NCBI GenBank assembly: GCA_030704615.1
Contig: CM060731.1
Coordinates: 36,208,001 to 36,272,000, forward strand
From: Takakia lepidozioides
Taxonomy: Eukaryota > Plantae > Bryophyta
DNA: 64,000 bases
Direction: 5' to 3'
The first letter of the stretch is position 1; every line of letters starts with the position of its first letter. The notes under the pieces are model-generated. The model was not told where the DNA came from, ran no database searches, and worked only from the letters and a program-made list of their open reading frames with translations. The position numbers and the translations under genes were made by a program. Of this stretch, positions 38,277 through 49,879 are shown in pieces.

Positions 38277-38630
38277 GATTGTAAGAACTAAACTCACATG
38301 TCTGATAACAGAGAAACACAAAACACAACACAATCACTCATTAAAATACGAGTCGAGCCAGGGGCACCCCAAGCTATGGGGACTCCACCCCACAACATCT
38401 TACTCTCCCTTCATAAGCACACTCCGATTCTAAGCGGTGAAGGAGCTCGGTCGTGCAGGCTCAACTCGAGAGAGATGAGCCGCACGACTGACGCTCTCGT
38501 GAAGATAAGATGGTTCAAGTGTCAAGCTAAACTTGATATCTGACTTAACACTTGAACTAAATCCAGGTGTTAAATACAAATAACTAGCTTTATTCTAGTT
38601 AGTTTCACACTGTGTTTATTTAACTTGACA
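38276..38630 (-). repeat. 5' terminal repeat X (355 bp, TG...CA) of the DNMT-Gypsy element
   Basis: Near-identical to 25682-26036 (about 9 substitutions by eye). Reads TGTCAAG...ACAATCA on the minus strand. Confidence 0.95.
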
Positions 38631-38669
38631 AGGTGTTTATGTGAAGACCCTTGTAATTAAGATGGCTGC

Positions 38670-39320
38670 TGTCAAGGACGAGAATATGACTGAACACAAA
38701 CAAGAGATCAGACTAGAGGTACAAGATTAGATAAGAAGTCAAGGTCGGCGTGGCCGTATGCACGATGAGTAAATATGAATCAAGACGATCTTTATAAGAA
38801 TGAACAAGAGTACAAGATATTGGAACACGACTTGAATACTGGAATGCTTAAAACTGGACTGGAGTACCAAATACTGGAAACTGGGCTAGGGTACTGGGAA
38901 CTGGACTGAAGTACTGAAAACTGGAAACAAGAGTAGCTTGAACTGGTGTTGGCGAGACTGAAGAGTGTCCAGTCTCGCCTCTTACATATATTGGCTACTA
39001 AGAAGCTTCCTTAAGAAGCTTCCCCTTTGGAGGTTTCTTGCTGGAGAAGTTTCCAGATCAAACAAAGGTTTATTGATGGAGAAGTTTCTTTAAACAAATG
39101 AAGTATCTTGATGGAGAAGTTTCCTCCAAAAGAAGCTTCATGAGCATTTTTTCACGTTACTCTTGGTAATTTGGTAAACTCCCGGTAACTTGGTAAATAA
39201 TGGTAAATCATGGTAGATTATGATAAATCACAGTAACTCAAGGTAACTTCCGGTAACATGGTAACTTGATAACTTCTGGTATTTACTCCTGGTAAGTTCC
39301 TCTGGGCTATGTCCGTAACA
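38670..39320 (-). repeat. 3' LTR of the chromovirus (651 bp)
   Basis: tgtcaaggacgag...gtccgtaaca; matches 44612-45177 plus 48622-48694. Contains actgga- and tggtaa-type short repeats. Confidence 0.95.
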
Positions 39321-39959
39321 TCACCCCCTCCTCTAGCGCCGAGTTCTTTGAGGAGCAGTAAAATCTTGGACTTGCTTAGGGTTGGAGAAAATCCAAAATC
39401 CGGCGAATGGTACTTGCCAAGTATTCAGCTCTTCGTTCTTGACTCAAATGATTTATAGGTCCCTGCAACCATCGATAGTGTCCAACACCTTGAACTTGGG
39501 ACCACGCACTGATTTGAACATTCTGATTCTCGAAGCTGCCTTCAAACATGTTTTCGTTGCCCTCTGCGTCTGAAACCTCAACCTCCAACAGAATTATCAG
39601 ACTTCGAGTAGGCTCCACTTGCCGTCGTACGGGGTCTAGACGAGGAAGTACGCGTCGCATTGGTGGCCCATTGTCTCGAGAGCGTCGGTGTGATGTTGAA
39701 GGTTGTGAGAGTCGGAACGACTGATCTGGTAGCTGGGTAAACGACAACTCCAATGTATCTGGTTCCTATGACTCCATATTGCCAATACAAGATGTAAGAG
39801 TGCTGGAAGTGTAGCTATATACACTGATGTGTGGTGCTCCTCCCTCCTTAGCATGTATCAGGTACATTGAATGTGGAGTCTTCACCTTGAAGCTAACTTG
39901 GCTGACATCATCATTGTGACGTCTTATTGACGTGGAGCTCGGGGCTTAGCTGGATATCA

Positions 39960-42900
39960 TTGATGAAACTCTTGGACTTTGTCAGATGCATTGGCGAGGT
40001 TGCATGAAGGTTCCCACGTTCGTTCGCTGATGTCGTAGCTTTTTCAATGTACAAAATACTCAAGACGTTCATACTTGATGCGAGAGTCTAAGACTTTGTC
40101 GACTTCATATTCAATTTCCTGATTGACTTCGATTGGTGGAGGAGGTACGGAGACTCTCCCTGAAATATTCGATGGATGATACAACTCCAATAATGAAACA
40201 TGAAAGACTTGATGGATGTGCATACTTCGTGGGAGTTCAAACCTAAAACTGACCGGATTTATTTGTCGAATAATTTTGAATGGTCCCAGGCATTGATAAT
40301 CCAACTTCCTTGATGGTCGCAAGGTTTGTATGTCCCGTCGAAGAAGCCACACACGATCTCCGACCTTGAACTAGGGTTGGAGTTGACGACGTTGATCTGC
40401 ATAGTCCTTGTATTATTTTTGAGCTTCTACGAGGTGGAATGTAAGCTCCTTGTGAATTATAGCAAGATGAGTAGCAAGGTTTACTGCAGCAAGGTTTCCA
40501 ACAGTCTTCATGTGGAAAGAGTTTGCTCGAGGATGATGACCATAATTGGAGAAAAATGGAGTTTGTTTGGTCAAAATATGTATAGTGTTGTTGTAGGCAA
40601 ACTCAGCCAATGACAGAAGGTCCGTCCAATTATCTTGGTGATAATTTATCGTACAACAAAGATATTGTTCCAAAATCTAGTTTACACGTTCGGTTTGACC
40701 ATCAGTCTGTGGATGATTAGCTGTAGAGATGTTGATCTTAGTATCCAATATGTGAAATAATCCCCTCCAGAAATTTGATATGAACTGTGGTCCTCGATCA
40801 GATACGATGTCCTTCGAGAGTCCATGAATGCGGTAGGTATTATTGAGGGAGAGTCTTGCAGTTTCCTTGCCGGTAACCGTCTTATTACATGGAATGAAAT
40901 ATGTCATCTTCGTAAACCGATCTACAATAACAAGGATTGAATCGGTGGTTTTGGAAATTGGAATGTCCGTAATAAAGTCCATAGACACGGACGACCATGG
41001 ACCCTTGGGAATGGGTAATGGTTGAAGAAGGCCGTAAGGTTGATGTCGTGGTCCCTTCGCTCTAGCACACGTGTCGCAAGATTTTATAAATTCTTTCACG
41101 AGTTTCCACATCTGTGGCCACCAATAGTCCCTGGATATCAATTCCATTATTTTGTTGAAGCCAAAATGTCCTGCAGCCGGAAGATCATGACATGTTTGAA
41201 GAATTCGAAGTCGTATAGGTCCTGGAGGTACATAGAGAAGTCCCTTGAAATAAAGTAAGCTATCTTTGAATTCGAAGTCGTTTGTAACATGTGGATTGTC
41301 TCGAGATCGATTTAGTTGACTTCGTAGTGTCGTGGCAAATTTATCGCTCTTCAGTGCTTCCTGGATCTCCTTTATGATCTCTACATCATCATAGGTGGAC
41401 ATGGATATCATATTCACTTGGAGATTTGCTGGTTTCAAGATGATGGATTTCTGTTGGTCAAAAGCTGCATCCCCTTCTTTTGGCGCAAGATACGATCGTC
41501 GAGAAAGAGCATCTGGTTTTCCTTGAAGATGTCCGGGACGGTATGTAATAACAAAATCAAACCTTGCTAGTGACATACTCCATCTTGCTTGACGTCAATT
41601 CAAAACACAAGCAGTCATAAAATACTCGAGGTTTTTGTGATCGGTATAGACTGTGACCTGATGTTTAGCTCCCTCCAATAGATGACGCCACTCCTCCAAA
41701 ACATCAATAATCGCTAGAAGTTCTTTGTCATGGATTTCATAATTGATCTCCGCAGTGGAAAATTTCCGAGAACGAAAAACCAACAGGGTGAAGTCGGCCA
41801 TCTGTAACATATTGAGAGAGTACCGCGCCAAGTGCAAAGTCCGATGCATCTGCTTCCAAAGAATGGTTTAGATTGGGTCTGCATGTCCAGTATTGGAGCC
41901 GTTGTGAATGCCCGCTTCAGCCTTTCAAATGTTTGGTCAGCCTTCTCGTCCCATACAAATTTGTCCTTCCCTGTGAGTCGTGTCAATGCCAAATGGTGCA
42001 GCAATTTTGGAGTAGTCCTTGATGAAGATTCTATAGAAATTTGCGAATCCTAGAAAACATTGTACATCTCGGACCGAAGTTGGTTTAATCCACTCGATGA
42101 TGGTTTGTATTTTCTTCCGATCCATAAAGACTCATTTGTCGGAAATCATGTAACCAAAAATTCGCTTCAGATTGGTGGAAAAGACATTTTTCCAACTTGG
42201 CATATAGTCATTTTTCCCTCAATTTATCGAGGACAAGGCGTACATGACGACCATGTTCTTCTTCATTATGTGAAAATATCAAAATGTCGTCCAAATAGAT
42301 GACTACAAAGTCATCTAAAAATTCTCGAAAGATGTCATTCATCATGTGTTGAAAAATTGCTGGAGCATTTGTAATACCGGAAGGCATAACACTGTATTCG
42401 AAATGTCCATACCTTGTGTGAAAAACAGTCTTCCATTTGTCTTTTTTTTTAATTCGTACAAGATTGTAAGCTCATCTCAAGTCGATCTTTGTGAAAAATT
42501 TGCTCGTCCAAGTTGTTCGAGGAGTCCGAAAAATCAGTGGTAGTGGGTAACGATTTTTTATAGTGACTTTGTTGATAGTCCACACACATGCATAACGATC
42601 TGTCTTTCTTCTTCACAAATAAGATAGATGCTCCCGCGGGTGATTTCGAATGTCGAATGAAATTCTTTGACAAATTTTTATCAATGTATTCGCGTAAAGC
42701 AGCCAGCTCCGTCGAGAGAAATTGCAGATCGGGTCAAATGGTGGTTGAGCTCCTCTTGCAACTCAATTGACACAATCATAAGGTCGAGCGATGTCATGTT
42801 CTGGCAACATGTCTGCATTTTTCTTCTCGAAGACATCACTTGAAATCTTGATATTGGTGAGAATGTGACAACTACATCCCCACAAAACCTTGGGTCACGT

Positions 42901-44575
42901 TCTGGTTTTGATCGGCGTCGCATAAAAATGTAAATGTCGCGTCTTTCTTCGTAGTCTCATGAAGGCTTAGCTCAAGAAAGAAACAGGGGTTGAAACTAAT
43001 TTGGTACTTTTGCATTTTTGTCTTGCCGAAATTTTCGTAATCGCAGTCGATGTCAGGATTATGGAAGTACAAACCAGGGAAGTCCAACTTGACGTTTACA
43101 ACAATTTGTTAGAGACTGCATGACAAAGGACACCAAACAACAACTGTGATGCTTGATTTTTAAGCTTCACTTAAAGCCACAGGTCGAGTTTGCCTGGCAA
43201 AGCACATATTTCCTGATGCTAACGGTCGTCCATCGATGATTTCAATAGAGGACGAGATTTGAGATTTTTTCTTACGAGCATTAAATTGTGTTGCTTCGCA
43301 CAAGTCTTTGTCAATAAAACACGCTGAGATGTCCGAGTCCAAAGTGCTTCTACGGAGATATATTGATTTTGCATCATGATCTTTACTGGAACTGTGAAAC
43401 AAGGTTAGGGTCTGGAGGTAGAAAGAGACATTTTTTGGTGGAGGGAATTTGGGGTGTCCAGCCGCATGGGATCCCTACTATGACTGGAGATCTTCGGTTT
43501 TCGATCTCCTCGCGTATCGAAACATTGAGTTGTGCCCGAGCTTTGAATCTTTTCTTGTTGGGGCAGTTTAATGCTATGTGATCATCTTCTCCGCAATAAA
43601 AAGCATAATCCATTCGAAACGTCCTCATCTTTGTTTTTCTTGTGGCGTCAATGGCTTGAATCGGACAGCATCAATCTGCATAGGATCATTACGGATGTCT
43701 GAGGGAGTTGTGTTTGGGCCGACCGTAGCAGCAGCATCGGCATGGTGCGTCGTCGACCATCCAGATCGCTTCTCTTGACGTCTTTCGAACAACCGATTAT
43801 CGCATGCAATGACTTGGGTGATAAATTCGCTCAGTGTACTCACGTTTGGCATTGTCAACAACAAATATTTTACATCATCTTTTAGGCCACATCGAAACTG
43901 ACTAATGAGACTCTTCTCATTTCAGTCTATAAACTGACTAATGAGGACTCTGCTCATTTCAGTCGAGGTCGCACGTAAGTTGTTGAAATTCGGCCCCAGC
44001 ATAAACGGAGCTGGATGTGCTCCTTGTCGAAGATTCGCAATTTTTGTCTCTGCAGCTCTCTCTCTCTCTATCATTCTCTCCAAAAGTTGCAGTGAACTCG
44101 GACATGAACGCTTCAAAATTGTATAGTAAATACGAATTTTTCTCTAATAGCGGTGCAAACCAAGATAGGGTAGTGCCGAATAGAATGGTGCCCACAAATC
44201 CCACTTGAAACCCTTCATCAGGGTAGCGTTGTGGATGTAGTCGTAGGAACAATCGTACTTGTTGAACAAAAACGCGAAATCTTGATCTCGTCCTATCAAA
44301 TTTTTCGGGTATGCTGACCTTTGGTTCCCTTGTAATCTGTTGAAGATTTGGAAGAACCGTTGCAGTAAGATTTGTTGTAGTAGGGACTCGTAAGGTTGAG
44401 GATCCATTGTTTGACTCCTTCAACTCTGAAATTTGTTGTTGCAAATTGTTGATAATGTTGCCAAGATCTTAAGACTGATCAGCTTGTAGTTGGGCAGTAG
44501 AGACACGAAGTTCTTATATCTAGAGCTGAAGATTCTGCAATGTGACGACCATTTCCGCAAATGTGCCTTCCATCT
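39960..44575 (-). pseudogene. Chromovirus gag-pol (gag, protease, RT, RNase H, integrase, chromodomain), heavily frameshifted
   Basis: [103 protein letters not shown]...LEYFVH. Confidence 0.93.
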
Positions 44576-44594
44576 TAAATAACTAAGAAACAAA

Positions 44595-44611
44595 CTTTAG
44601 TCTCGTCAAAC
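44595..44611 (-). other. Self-priming primer-binding site (Tf1-type) of the chromovirus
   Basis: TTGACGAGACTAAAG after the 5' LTR is complementary (13/15) to CTTCAGTCTCGCCAA at 44891-44905 (minus), which lies ~20 nt downstream of a TATATATA box (~44925-44932). Confidence 0.75.
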
Positions 44612-45177
44612 TGTCAAGGACGAGAACATGACTGAACACAAACAAGAGATCAGACTAGAGGTACAAGACTAGACAAGAAGTCAAGGTCGGCGTGGCCATA
44701 TGCACGATGAGTAAATATGAATCAAGATGATATTTATAACAATGAACAAGAATACAAGATATTGGAACACGACTTGAAAACTGGAATGCTGGAAACTGGA
44801 CTGGAGTACCAAATACTAGAAATTGGGCTAGGGTACTGGGAACTGGATTGGAGTACTGGAAACTGGAAACAAGAGTAGCTTGAACTGGTGTTGGCGAGAC
44901 TGAAGAGTGTCCAGTCTCGCCTCCTATATATACTGGTTACTAAGAAGCTTCCCCTTTAGAGGTTTCTTGCTGGAGAAGTTTCCAAGATTAAACAAATGTT
45001 TCTTGATGGAGAAGCTTCCTTAAACAAAGGAGGTATCTTGATGGAGAAGTTTCCTCCAAATGAAGCTTCCTGAGCAGTTTCCCAAGTTACTCTTGGTAAA
45101 TTGGTAAACTCCCGATAACTTGGTAAATAATGGTAAATAATGGTAGATCATGGTAAATCACGGCAAGTCATGGTAAC

Positions 45178-48100
45178 CAGCGTTTTTTTTGCTGGCGAAT
45201 TTTCGCCAAATTACTACATGGCCCAATCATGAGCTATCTCTATATAGAGAAATGAGGGCAATTTTAAGGAGCATTTCGCTAAATCCATCGTAAGGGATTG
45301 CATGAGAGGCCATAACAGCCATCCCCAAGTGCTAGATGTCGTCATCCTATGCATCAGGGCTGTGGGCATGTGGGGCCAGATGCTCACCTTGGAAGTTAGA
45401 GCATCGCCTTCCTCCCCGTTGAACGGGGGAGGGGAAGCCAGACTCCTAGGCAGTTTTTATGCATTATCGCCACCCAACTGCTCGATGGTTGGAGTGGTTG
45501 TCGCCACCAGGTTGCACTACAAGGGTTGTATAATAATACAGGTTGGCAGGAGTAGGAAAAGAGGGATACTTATGGCGTTTATGGCGTAGTAGAAGCGCCA
45601 CTTTGGTTAGCCGCTCAATTCTGAATAATTGTGGAATGAAGCTCCGTTGGCGCAGCCTTTGCGCAGCCTTGCCGTGCACTACAGTAAGTAGGAGTTCGGC
45701 GGATCGGATTCCCTTCATTCCTCCTTCACTCAGTCCTCCCTTCACTCCTCTTCACTTAGGGTTGCATGTTTCTATGTCAATGTATAAAGTAACCATGCAA
45801 TTGTGTGAATACCTCATTCGAGGTTTGTGGGTCATACAGGGGCAGAGTCAGTGGTTTCTGAGGTTATGGAATTTTGGTGAGGATTTCTTGCTCTTGCTTT
45901 CACGATGGCCCCCTTGCAACCACCGGCAAATTTTAGATTCAAAGTTTTCTTTGATAGGAGGGGCCGTGGGTCAGATGTGGCTTCCTCGAGCACATCTGTC
46001 GCTGTTAATTGTTCCGATGTCGTGCTTGAGGTGGTTGACGTGACCTTGCCCGACCCTCTTGAGGCTACACACATCGCTGAAAACAAAAAGCGAAAGCATG
46101 AATATGAGATTCACAAGAAGTTTCCAGACAAGATGTCCATCAGGTCCGGTGCAAAGTGTGTACCAAGATAGAGGGCAGAGATAAGCTTCTTGTTCCTAAG
46201 TTAGATTCATTGTGGAAGCATGCTGGCAGAGAAGAAAGGCAAGGTAGCAATGCCGGGGGGGCAGTGGGTGATTTTTATTTTGTGCAAAACAATGCACATG
46301 TCTGGAACGAACGATTGTTTGCATCTGCTCGTTGTGAAAATGTCTTGGATCAAGTGGCGCATGGTGTAGTTGCAGAGAGAAAGAGAAAGCTTGTGCAATT
46401 TGTTACAATATTTCACCTGTTATGTGAAGGTCGACCCATGACAGATTATAAAGGCTTCCAAAGTTTGTATCAGTTTTTTAAGGTGCCTCGAAACCTTGTC
46501 AAGCATTGGAGCGACTTATCAGCATGGAAAATGGCAGATAGTATGCACAGAGTAGTGTTGCAGGCAACCAAAGAGGTTGTGAGGGGATCCAAGTTTGTGT
46601 CCATATCTGCCGATGAAGTAACTACGATTGACAACCAAAGTTGGTTGTCAGTCCATGTGTATGTGGTTCAGGCTTGGAAGCGTATCCCCGTGTTACTGAC
46701 CCTTGAACGGATTGTCGAGGGAGGAAGTGCAGATCGCCTTACCGAAGTTATTTGGGGGAGTCTGATAAACTATGGTGGTATCTTAGAACAGAACATTCGT
46801 GAGAGACTAATGTGTCTAGGTGTTGATGGCGTGTCAACCTTCCAAGGTCTAAGGACTGGTGTCACGGTTCAAATGAAGGAGCAACATGCTCCATTTCTCA
46901 TCGGTGTTCACTGCATGGCACATCAGACGAACTTAGCTGTGCAGGCTTTGTCAAATCTGTCGATTGTTACCAGATTGGAAGACTTGCTTCAGGTGTTGTA
47001 TGGGTACTTCTCTTCGTCACCCAAACTTTGTCTTGAATTTTCAAAACTGGCTGATATTGTGGAAACCGAAGGATTGAAGATACTGAGGAATGTGAAGACA
47101 AGGTGGATTAGCATGTTAGCACCTTTGAAGATAGTTCAGGCCGAGTACAAAACTTTGATCGTGAAGATGGCCACTGACTCTTCTTCTTCTGCAGCTGCTA
47201 AATCTAACCTCGCTGCTCTATGTGATGTGGAGGCCATCTTGGGGTTGCCATGTATTTTGCCCTTGTTGGAGTGTGTCAACAATTTGATATTGTTTGCACA
47301 GTCTCGAGATGTCTTCGTTTGCGATTTTGTTGCCGCAGTCCAGATCTGTCAAGCTGATTTGTACTCCATGTACATCAACCCTGATACTGCCTTCAACTCA
47401 GATTCCTTCCAAGATTTCATTGACGTGGTTGACAACACTTCGGCACATCCATCCACTGACTGGGTGACTGATCTGAACACTGACAATGAACACTTGGCTT
47501 TTCGGATCTTAGGCCAGTCTTATCTGGTACATGCTCATTCACCAGCCAGTGGATTATTGAGTCCTATTACAAGAGATAATTTCACTTACTGGGGTTGGGA
47601 GGTGAAGCATCAGTGTTTAGGTGCAGCTCATCTTTTGATCAACGAATTGGAGAGACGCTTCCTTGACAATGAAATTATGAGCGCTCTTGGGGTTGTTTAT
47701 CCCCAGTACTGGCTTCAGCCTGATGTGAGGCCACTTTCCCTTTGCACTTGGCTGTCTTGAAACGTGCATATAGTGGGCCGAGGAAGGTGACACCAGAAGA
47801 TAATTGGGTAGATGCACCTCTTGATGGACAGGTTTTGGACTTGCAGAGTTCTTTATTCAAGTTGACCATGAAAAACAATTGTGTTGCAACAATGGGTGAG
47901 CCTTTTGATCTGAACCTTCTCACAAAGCTTTGGGTCAGATTGTCCAGCAACGGTCTTCTTAATCAACGCATCAGTGAATACATGAAACTCGTTGAACTTG
48001 CGATGGTTCAGGTACTAGGATTAGTGGAGGACGAACGGACATTTAGCACGCTGGCTTTTATGAAGACAAAACTCCGTAATTGTTTGTCAGGCCACCTAAA

Positions 48101-48613
48101 TACCATTGTCCGCATGTATTCACAGAAGTTTTACACAAAGGAAACATTTCCTTTCAATTTGGCTATTGCTGAGTGGAGAAAAATGAAGCATCGGGTACCT
48201 GATGTGCCAGGTCTCAATCTGTAGATCAGATAGGGTAATCTAATGTGTTGTAGGATGTTCTTACTGGTCAGCTATGCCATGGAGCTAGCTGGTGCCAGTT
48301 GGTTAGATTAATTGTTGCAGACTTTTCAAACGCTAATCTCCAAATCGTCATTTCTTGATGTATTTTTTTGCAGTGGCGCCACTTAGTCTATTGCTTGCAA
48401 ACAACAATCGCCTTTTCATTCCTAGATTATATTTTGTTGTTTCGCCATGTCTTGATAATGCCCAGAAATACTTGTAGCCATATATTGGCCTTTGCAATAC
48501 ACAAATAGCCAACATATTTGAGGAAGTTTTGGGACCAGAAGCCACATGGGCTCCAGCCAGTCCACAAAATATGCCACTCGCGCTATTTTACAAATGTCCC
48601 AAAAAAAACACTG
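45178..48613 (+). mobile_element. hAT DNA transposon inserted in the chromovirus 5' LTR
   Basis: TIRs CAG(C/T)GTTTTTTTTG and a perfect 8-bp TSD ATGGTAAC (45170-45177 / 48614-48621). Confidence 0.95.
45905..48224 (+). pseudogene. hAT transposase (ZNF862-like), frameshifted near both ends
   Basis: ISADEVT, LGVDG, HCMAH (CxxH), KTRW, VEDERTFSTLAFMKTKLRN (dimerisation region). Confidence 0.9.
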
Positions 48614-49879
48614 ATGGTAACTTCCGTTAACATGATAACTTGATAATTTCTGGTATTTACTCTTGGTAAATTTCTCTGGGCTATGTTCGTGACAGCTGCA
48701 AGTAAATGTTATATGATTCATAAAATTTTTTCCCTCCCTTTAAACAACAAAAAATGTACAGACGTAACAAAATGCCAAAATCACTCTTCATTATAGTCAT
48801 AGTTGTATATGTCTATTTCTAAGATCATATTTGGACTCTTATGGAACAAACACTTTATTAGTTCTCATTTCGTATGTAATAAATGCAGACACTGCACCGT
48901 GGGTTGGTACAGTTGCAGTACTATATTGCACTGCACTTCTTCTAGATGCAGTACACTAAGGGTACTGTGATGGAGTTTTGTGCAGAAACCCGTAGTACAC
49001 TGCTAACCTATATTCAAATATATAAATTTTATCCACAAGAAAACTTATGAAACTGTATAGTGTCCATCAGAGTTTGCATCACACAATAAGCGTTTCATAT
49101 ATTCCAAGACGAATAAGCCGCACTCAGTTTTTGCAAGAGTTCAGAATAAGTTAGATTATAATTTAATTTTTTCTGAAAGTATTTTATAAGAAGAAAAACA
49201 AAAGAAGCAGAAAAGCATAATATTTGATATACTCCAATACGAGTAAGCCACACTCATTGGAGTTATTTTGTTTAGGAAGTTCATACAAGAGTTCTGAATA
49301 AATTAGACAATAATCTAAGATTTCCTAAAAGTATTTTGTAAGAGGAGAAGCAGAAGAAGCGGGAAAAACATACATTTATGGACTGATAAAAGATATTTTT
49401 GATCCCAGCCACAATGTCAGGTACTGATGAAGATTTTTCCATAGATGGATAATGACTACCATTCATAGGGAGTTCATAGGGTCCAACTTTAGCAAGGTGG
49501 TGAAACCCTCTTTCAAAACTCTTATAAACAACTTGAAATAATCACTATATAGAGAAAGCATAAATATGTATTTGATGCCCTCACAACCCTGCTGCAAAAG
49601 TCTCAACTTAGCCATTGATTTCTTGTGAAGTACAGATTTATCCACAGAACACAAGAATAGAGCAAGATTTTTATTTTTTTTGGGCTTTTCGTAACAAGGT
49701 ACGCAACATACATGTCCACAATCTGACTGCTGAACCACCGGCTTTTGGATCGTAGAATTTCTTTTGATTTTTTATTGAACTGGTTACAACCCGAAGCACT
49801 AACATCTTCCAAAGTTTTAACCTATAGAAATAAACATAAAATTAGAGAGATAAATAGAAAAAATAGAAAGAGAGAGGCT

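Larger units (their letters stand above)
25596..38630 (-). mobile_element. Ty3/Gypsy LTR retrotransposon carrying a C5 DNA methyltransferase and PHD finger, with split/permuted terminal repeats
   Basis: Domain order gag-PR-DNMT-RT-RH-INT-PHD. Termini TGTC...GACA. A 355-bp repeat lies at 25682-26036 and 38276-38630, and an 85-bp repeat at 25596-25680 and 26039-26123. Flanks are AGGC / AGGT. Confidence 0.92.
38670..48694 (-). mobile_element. Tcn1/Tf1-like chromoviral Gypsy LTR retrotransposon
   Basis: LTRs at 38670-39320 and 44612-48694 (the latter split by a hAT). TG...CA ends, 5-bp TSD GCTGC (38665-38669 / 48695-48699), PPT at 39321-39334, and gag-pol with a chromodomain. Confidence 0.95.

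Noticed and set aside
41700-44120. Very dense frameshifting in chromovirus gag-pol as possible programmed recoding
   Set aside because: Indels are irregular and local while the LTRs remain similar; decay or a low-accuracy consensus is more likely.
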